From: Candidatus Helarchaeota ASGARD archaeon Hel_GB_B
GTDB lineage: Archaea; Asgardarchaeota; Lokiarchaeia; Helarchaeales; HEL-GB-B
NCBI GenBank assembly: GCA_005191425.1
Contig: SUPR01000016.1
Span: 1-32,000, forward strand
Reading direction: 5' to 3'
Length of the DNA: 32,000 nucleotides
Part shown: piece by piece, positions 27,609 through 32,000 of the stretch
Numbering within the stretch: the first letter of the stretch is position 1
How the letters are laid out: each line of letters begins with the position of its first letter
Made by a program: the position numbers and the translations under genes
Notes under the pieces: generated by a model
The model's input: only the letters and a program-made list of their open reading frames with translations
Databases searched by the model: none
Told to the model about the DNA's origin: nothing

Positions 27609-28568
27609 TTGAAAACTAGATGTAAAGGTTTAAAATCTACGTGTGGAAAAGAAGCTACAGTCTATTTAGGTTATATTAGAAGAGGCTTTTGTGATGAACA
27701 TTTTATAATTTACGAAATAAAAAGAATGTCGCGCACCATTAAGAGATATAATATGATTAAAGCCACTAAGGACACAATTTTTGTAGCTTTAAGTGGAGGA
27801 AAAGATAGTTCTGCGTTATTAGATATGCTTATTTCTTATTATAATCAAATTGAAGAAAAATATAGACCCAAAATTGAAGGTATTCACATCAATCTTGGAA
27901 TTGATATCAATTCTTTTTCTGACAAATCTCAAAATATAGTAAAAAAACTGTGCAAACGATTAAATGTCCCTCTTCACATAATTGACCTTAAAAAAATATA
28001 TGGACATAATCTTCTTGAAATTAAGAAGAGTAATCAATTAAGATCGAAAAAGATATGTTCAATTTGTGGTACAATAAAAAGATATTTATTAAATAAATAT
28101 TCCATGGAATTAGGGGCGACAAAAATTGCAACTGGACATTTATTAGATGATGAAGTAGCTCTTTTAATGAAAAATTTAATTTTCGGGTCAATTGAATCAT
28201 TAACACGTATGTCTGCAAATTTAGAAACAATTAAAGAATACAATTTATTAGCAAAAATTAAACCTTTATATGAAATTTCTGAATATGAGACTTTAAATTA
28301 CGTTCAAATTAAAAATTTACCATATATATCAGAAAAGTGCCCGTTTACAAACCAAAAATCCAAGAAAATGAAAAATGTTATGCTTGATTTAGAAAAAGAA
28401 TACCCTAATGCACGATATTCATTATTAAGAAATTTCAATAAATACTACCGTACAATTTTTAAAACTCAAAATAATTTAAATACTAAACCAATTTCTAAAT
28501 GTAAGAAATGTGGGCAGCCCACTACGATGAAAATATGTTCGTTTTGTAGAATAATGGAAAAACTATAA
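27609..28568 (+). CDS. tRNA 2-thiolation protein, TtuA/NcsA/Ncs6 (TIGR00269-like) family
   Basis: PP-loop ALSGGKDS, CSICGTIKR, TGHLLDDE, EKCP, an N-terminal C…C…CDEH zinc site and C-terminal CKKCG…CSFC. Confidence 0.9.
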   Translation: MKTRCKGLKSTCGKEATVYLGYIRRGFCDEHFIIYEIKRMSRTIKRYNMIKATKDTIFVALSGGKDSSALLDMLISYYNQIEEKYRPKIEGIHINLGIDINSFSDKSQNIVKKLCKRLNVPLHIIDLKKIYGHNLLEIKKSNQLRSKKICSICGTIKRYLLNKYSMELGATKIATGHLLDDEVALLMKNLIFGSIESLTRMSANLETIKEYNLLAKIKPLYEISEYETLNYVQIKNLPYISEKCPFTNQKSKKMKNVMLDLEKEYPNARYSLLRNFNKYYRTIFKTQNNLNTKPISKCKKCGQPTTMKICSFCRIMEKL

Positions 28569-28609
28569 TCTATAAGTTTATAAACTATATACATCAATAA
28601 ATAAATAGT

Positions 28610-29059
28610 ATGACTATATTTAGAGTACTTACTTCTTTTCAAAAGAATTCAAAATTAAAATATAATGAAATATGGAATAAATGGAGTAAATGGCATAAGA
28701 TATTTAAGAACTTAATTAATTTATTTATAATATCAATTTTATCCTTAATTTTCTTACCGTTTATTTGGAATAGTATAGAAATCCCAAGCGATTATTTCAA
28801 CATGTTTATTATAATTTTTTGGATAATTTTAGGGGCAATGATTATGTCATTAACATTAATAATCGCTTTAGTCATCTATCGTAGAAAATATAACCAGTTT
28901 TTGACTGATCAATTAGAACAAGATTTATTTAATGGTACAAAAGAAGGTTTGCAAGAGGCTCATTCTTCTATTAATGATCCAGTTTTTTGTATTAACTGCA
29001 GAGCAAAAATAACAAATAATTTGAAATATTGTCCTAAATGTGGTAAAAAACAGGAATAA
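28610..29059 (+). CDS. Membrane protein with C-terminal zinc ribbon
   Basis: Two TM helices followed by CINC-x10-CPKCG. Confidence 0.8.
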   Translation: MTIFRVLTSFQKNSKLKYNEIWNKWSKWHKIFKNLINLFIISILSLIFLPFIWNSIEIPSDYFNMFIIIFWIILGAMIMSLTLIIALVIYRRKYNQFLTDQLEQDLFNGTKEGLQEAHSSINDPVFCINCRAKITNNLKYCPKCGKKQE

Positions 29060-29343
29060 AAAATAAAGTTAAAATTAATTAATAAACTCAAACTCTTATT
29101 TTTAGCCTAAAAACTTTTAAATACTATAAAGGCTTTTCAAATTCTTTACCTAATTACCATAATGAAATGGATACAATTGAAAAAATTACTTAATTATTTA
29201 AATCAGACATATTGCGATAATTTTAACTTCATTTATGTTTTAAAATTTTAATTTATTCTATTTCAAATCCAAATTTTTGAGGATATTTTATTAAAAAATT
29301 TTAAATATCTAATTAAATAAGTTCTTTTAATTTCCTAGTATTA

Positions 29344-30543
29344 GTGGTATTAATGAGTAAACAATTAAAGGAAATTTATGCGAAGATACTGCAATTAACG
29401 GAGTGGATGCGTAATAATAGACTAAAAGGTTTTATATTTCTCTTTGTTCTTGGTCTAATAATGCGAGTACTTGTATTATGGTACTATTTTTCAGTAGCGT
29501 GGATGGACTGGAATGATATGAACGAAAAAATTTGGTTAGGACTAAATTATTTACTAAATGGAATAAATCCATATGGGCAAGAATATAGAATGGAAGTATT
29601 ATGGCTAGTAGAGCCACATCCAAATGTAGAACCTTGGTTTCAATATCCACCGTTAGCGCTTCTCATACATTTACCTGTAGTGCTTTGGCCTGGGCCTTAT
29701 ACTGTTGGTATAATTGATTTTATGCCTGGTTTTTTTATTATACACTTTGTTATGGACTTTTATATTTTTTACAGATTATATAAGGCGGGATATATTTGGA
29801 GCGGAGGCGCAATCTGGTTTATAGCTGGCGCTCTATTTGTAGCGCTTGATTTTGTAACCTTTATATCTGTCCCTATATTCTTTTTGATCTTAGCTTATTT
29901 AAATATGGACAATTCTTTTAAATCAGCGTTATATATTAGCTTAGGTATTGCGACTTATACTTATTTAGTAATTCCAGGTTTATTTTTATTTATTTATCAT
30001 TTTAAAAAAAGTAAATGGAATGGATTTAAGAAGTTTTTACTTGGACTAATACCCACAATTATATGTATTCTCCCGTTTCTTATTTGGAATCCGTCCATTT
30101 TTATCCATGATATAATATTTTCGCAATCTGCTCGAAATACTGCAGGGAATTTCCTATATCCTAAGTATGGAGCTGGTTGGTGGTGGCTACATCTTTATTC
30201 AATAACTCCTTATATCAATTCATTGTACAATTTAATTGTAGACCCATCTCGGCCCTTATATATCAACAATTTAACAACAGTTTTGACAGGGCTTGCGCTT
30301 CTTTTTACTTTATACTATCTATATAAATTTTATAAAAAACCATATAGAGGAAAACTATTATATTGGTCATTTTTAACTTTATTAACAATTACTATCGTTT
30401 CTGCAGCTGGCTTTTTTTATTATCTATTACTCCCTATTATGATTTTGATATTTCTTATTGATTTAAGAAAGGAAATCAACGTTGAGGGATATACAGAAAA
30501 ATTTCTCACTCCTTATGAAAGAAATAAAAGTAAATTAAACTAG
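29344..30543 (+). CDS. Integral membrane protein, probable GT-C (GT87-like) glycosyltransferase
   Basis: TM1 is followed by an extracytoplasmic loop with DWND and FQYPPLAL (YPP motif of GT87-like enzymes), then multiple TMs. The start may be ATG 29353. Confidence 0.6.
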   Translation: MVLMSKQLKEIYAKILQLTEWMRNNRLKGFIFLFVLGLIMRVLVLWYYFSVAWMDWNDMNEKIWLGLNYLLNGINPYGQEYRMEVLWLVEPHPNVEPWFQYPPLALLIHLPVVLWPGPYTVGIIDFMPGFFIIHFVMDFYIFYRLYKAGYIWSGGAIWFIAGALFVALDFVTFISVPIFFLILAYLNMDNSFKSALYISLGIATYTYLVIPGLFLFIYHFKKSKWNGFKKFLLGLIPTIICILPFLIWNPSIFIHDIIFSQSARNTAGNFLYPKYGAGWWWLHLYSITPYINSLYNLIVDPSRPLYINNLTTVLTGLALLFTLYYLYKFYKKPYRGKLLYWSFLTLLTITIVSAAGFFYYLLLPIMILIFLIDLRKEINVEGYTEKFLTPYERNKSKLN

Positions 30544-31005
30544 AACTAATTATATTTAAATTTTTTAGTTTTTTTTCCAATAAATTACATATAGATATTT
30601 TTATTATTGAAAAAAGATCAACTTTAATGATAAAAATTATATATTTTTAACGAGATTTATTTTTATAATTAAGAAATAAAATAAATATAAAATAGAAAAA
30701 TCCAAATTAACTTTTACATAAAAATATCCGTTTTTTTTAATGATTATAGGAAAATTTACAAAAAATTTAACGCAATTCCTAAATATTCAAATATCTTAAT
30801 AATTAAGATCGACAAAATATTAATAATTAAATTTAAATCGGTCAAAATTGTAAGCCATATATTTCTATAGTTTTATAAAAAAATTTGTTTAAATTATAAA
30901 ATGTAAAAATAAGTCATAACTTATTAAATTGAGCAAAAAATATTGTATAAAATATAAAAAAAATTAAAAAATTAATAAAAAATAAATTCTAAAAAGGTAA
31001 ATAAT

Positions 31006-31383
31006 ATGCCAAGAAGAAAAAGAAGGTCGAGGTCAAAGTCACATGAATTTAGCAGTTGGGTGCGTGTTTTATCGATACTTGGTGGTATATTCGCAATTAT
31101 AATGGGAATAGTGATGATCCTTTTGTTGTTTCCAATCCCGTTTTCAATATTACCTTCAGTATTAGGTAGCATTATTATTGCCATTCTTTGCGGGATCGTA
31201 AATATTGTTTTGGGAGTAATTTTGCTAATTGCATACGGCGTAATAGAATCTACAAAAAAGTTTTCGGTAAATTGGCTAATTTTAATCGTGGTTGGAATTG
31301 TAATGTTAATTTTTGGAGGTATTCAAGGAATATTAGTTTTAATTGCAGGTATTCTCGATTTAGTTGGAGTAATTAAAGACTAA
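31006..31383 (+). CDS. Small hypothetical membrane protein (3-4 TM)
   Basis: Basic N-terminus MPRRKRRSRSK followed by Gly-rich hydrophobic helices. Confidence 0.75.
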   Translation: MPRRKRRSRSKSHEFSSWVRVLSILGGIFAIIMGIVMILLLFPIPFSILPSVLGSIIIAILCGIVNIVLGVILLIAYGVIESTKKFSVNWLILIVVGIVMLIFGGIQGILVLIAGILDLVGVIKD

Positions 31384-31414
31384 AATAAGTAAAACAAATT
31401 CAAAGGTGATTTAT

Positions 31415-31675
31415 TTGAAATGGACACGTGAAATTCTTGAAAAAGTTGCTAAAAAAAAGGGTTGGCGTCTCAACCCTGATGATGAGTATGTTGAAAGTAT
31501 TTTAGAAGGGCTAAATAATAACAAAGAAAAATATGGTTTTTTTTACTGCCCCTGTCGAGTGGTAGAGGGTGATAGAGAAAAAGACAAAGGTAAAATATGC
31601 CCATGTATATGGTCAGCCGAAGAAATCGAACGCGATGGACATTGCCATTGCCAATTATACTTCAAAAAAGAATAA
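31415..31675 (+). CDS. Ferredoxin-thioredoxin reductase catalytic subunit family protein
   Basis: YCPCR, ICPC and CHC.LY motifs plus LNPD. The track start GTG 31406 lies inside the SD GGTGAT (31405-31410), so the in-frame TTG 31415 is the likelier start. Confidence 0.92.
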   Translation: MKWTREILEKVAKKKGWRLNPDDEYVESILEGLNNNKEKYGFFYCPCRVVEGDREKDKGKICPCIWSAEEIERDGHCHCQLYFKKE

Positions 31676-31765
31676 CATAAATATTTTTTTTATAAATGAT
31701 TATTATTTCTATTTTTTTCAGATAAGCAATATTTTTTAATAATTATTTTTAAAATTAAAGTGAAA

Positions 31766-32000
31766 ATGACTGAAGATTATTCAAGAAGCCAATTGAGAAA
31801 GGGGCAAAAAGCATCAATAATAGTATTTTTTATATCAATTGGACTTGTTATTATTAAATTTATTGGTGGTATTATATCTAATAGTTCATCACTAATGAGT
31901 GATGCTCTAAATAGTGGATCTGATAGTATCGTTATGATTGGCACCTGGATTGGTCTGAGAATTGCGCAGAAAAAGCCCACAAATAAGTTTCAATATGGTT
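31766..32000 (+). CDS. Cation diffusion facilitator (FieF-like) transporter, 5' part truncated by the window edge
   Basis: Not in the ORF track. MTEDY…KFIGGIISNSSSLMSDALNSGSD…IAQKKPTNKFQYG matches CDF TM1-TM2 and the P…F.YG motif. Confidence 0.9.
   Translation, partial: MTEDYSRSQLRKGQKASIIVFFISIGLVIIKFIGGIISNSSSLMSDALNSGSDSIVMIGTWIGLRIAQKKPTNKFQYG

Noticed and set aside
2251-31980. Short overlapping or antisense ORFs in the track (e.g. 2251-2493, 4498-4773, 8323-8912 set, 14229-14654, 15551-16147, 20292-20975, 31777-31980)
   Set aside because: They are shadows of well-supported genes on the opposite strand or frame, with no motifs.
1-32000. CRISPR array, tRNA or rRNA genes
   Set aside because: No regularly spaced repeats, no T-loop/cloverleaf motifs and no GC-rich structural RNA segment seen.

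Overview
Very AT-rich archaeal window. Gene content and style (archaeal/eukaryote-type MetRS, NcsA/TtuA, GGTGA ribosome-binding sites, anaerobic lipid and amino-acid catabolism genes) suggest an Asgard (Loki/Hel-type) archaeon; this is inference. Most of it is metabolic or housekeeping: an ACS-beta-fragment-like protein, saccharopine dehydrogenase family enzyme, MFS, MetRS, a frameshifted AprA/SdhA-like flavoprotein plus ferredoxin, ArsB/NhaD-type permease, two alpha/beta hydrolases, M29 aminopeptidase, a 2-hydroxyacyl-CoA dehydratase subunit pair, a double hexapeptide acyltransferase with an in-frame TAA, GNAT, VapBC, tRNA thiolase, GT-C-like membrane protein, FTR catalytic subunit and the start of a CDF transporter. 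The main signal not shown by the ORF track is a non-coding dispersed repeat family. Two degenerate ~400-bp direct repeats (~14826-15232 and ~16294-16704) bracket a PD-(D/E)XK-like coiled-coil gene, and a third copy of their hairpin-forming end is a 92-bp imperfect palindrome at 5544-5635. No tRNA, rRNA or CRISPR array was seen. All family calls come from motif recognition by eye; no searches were run.
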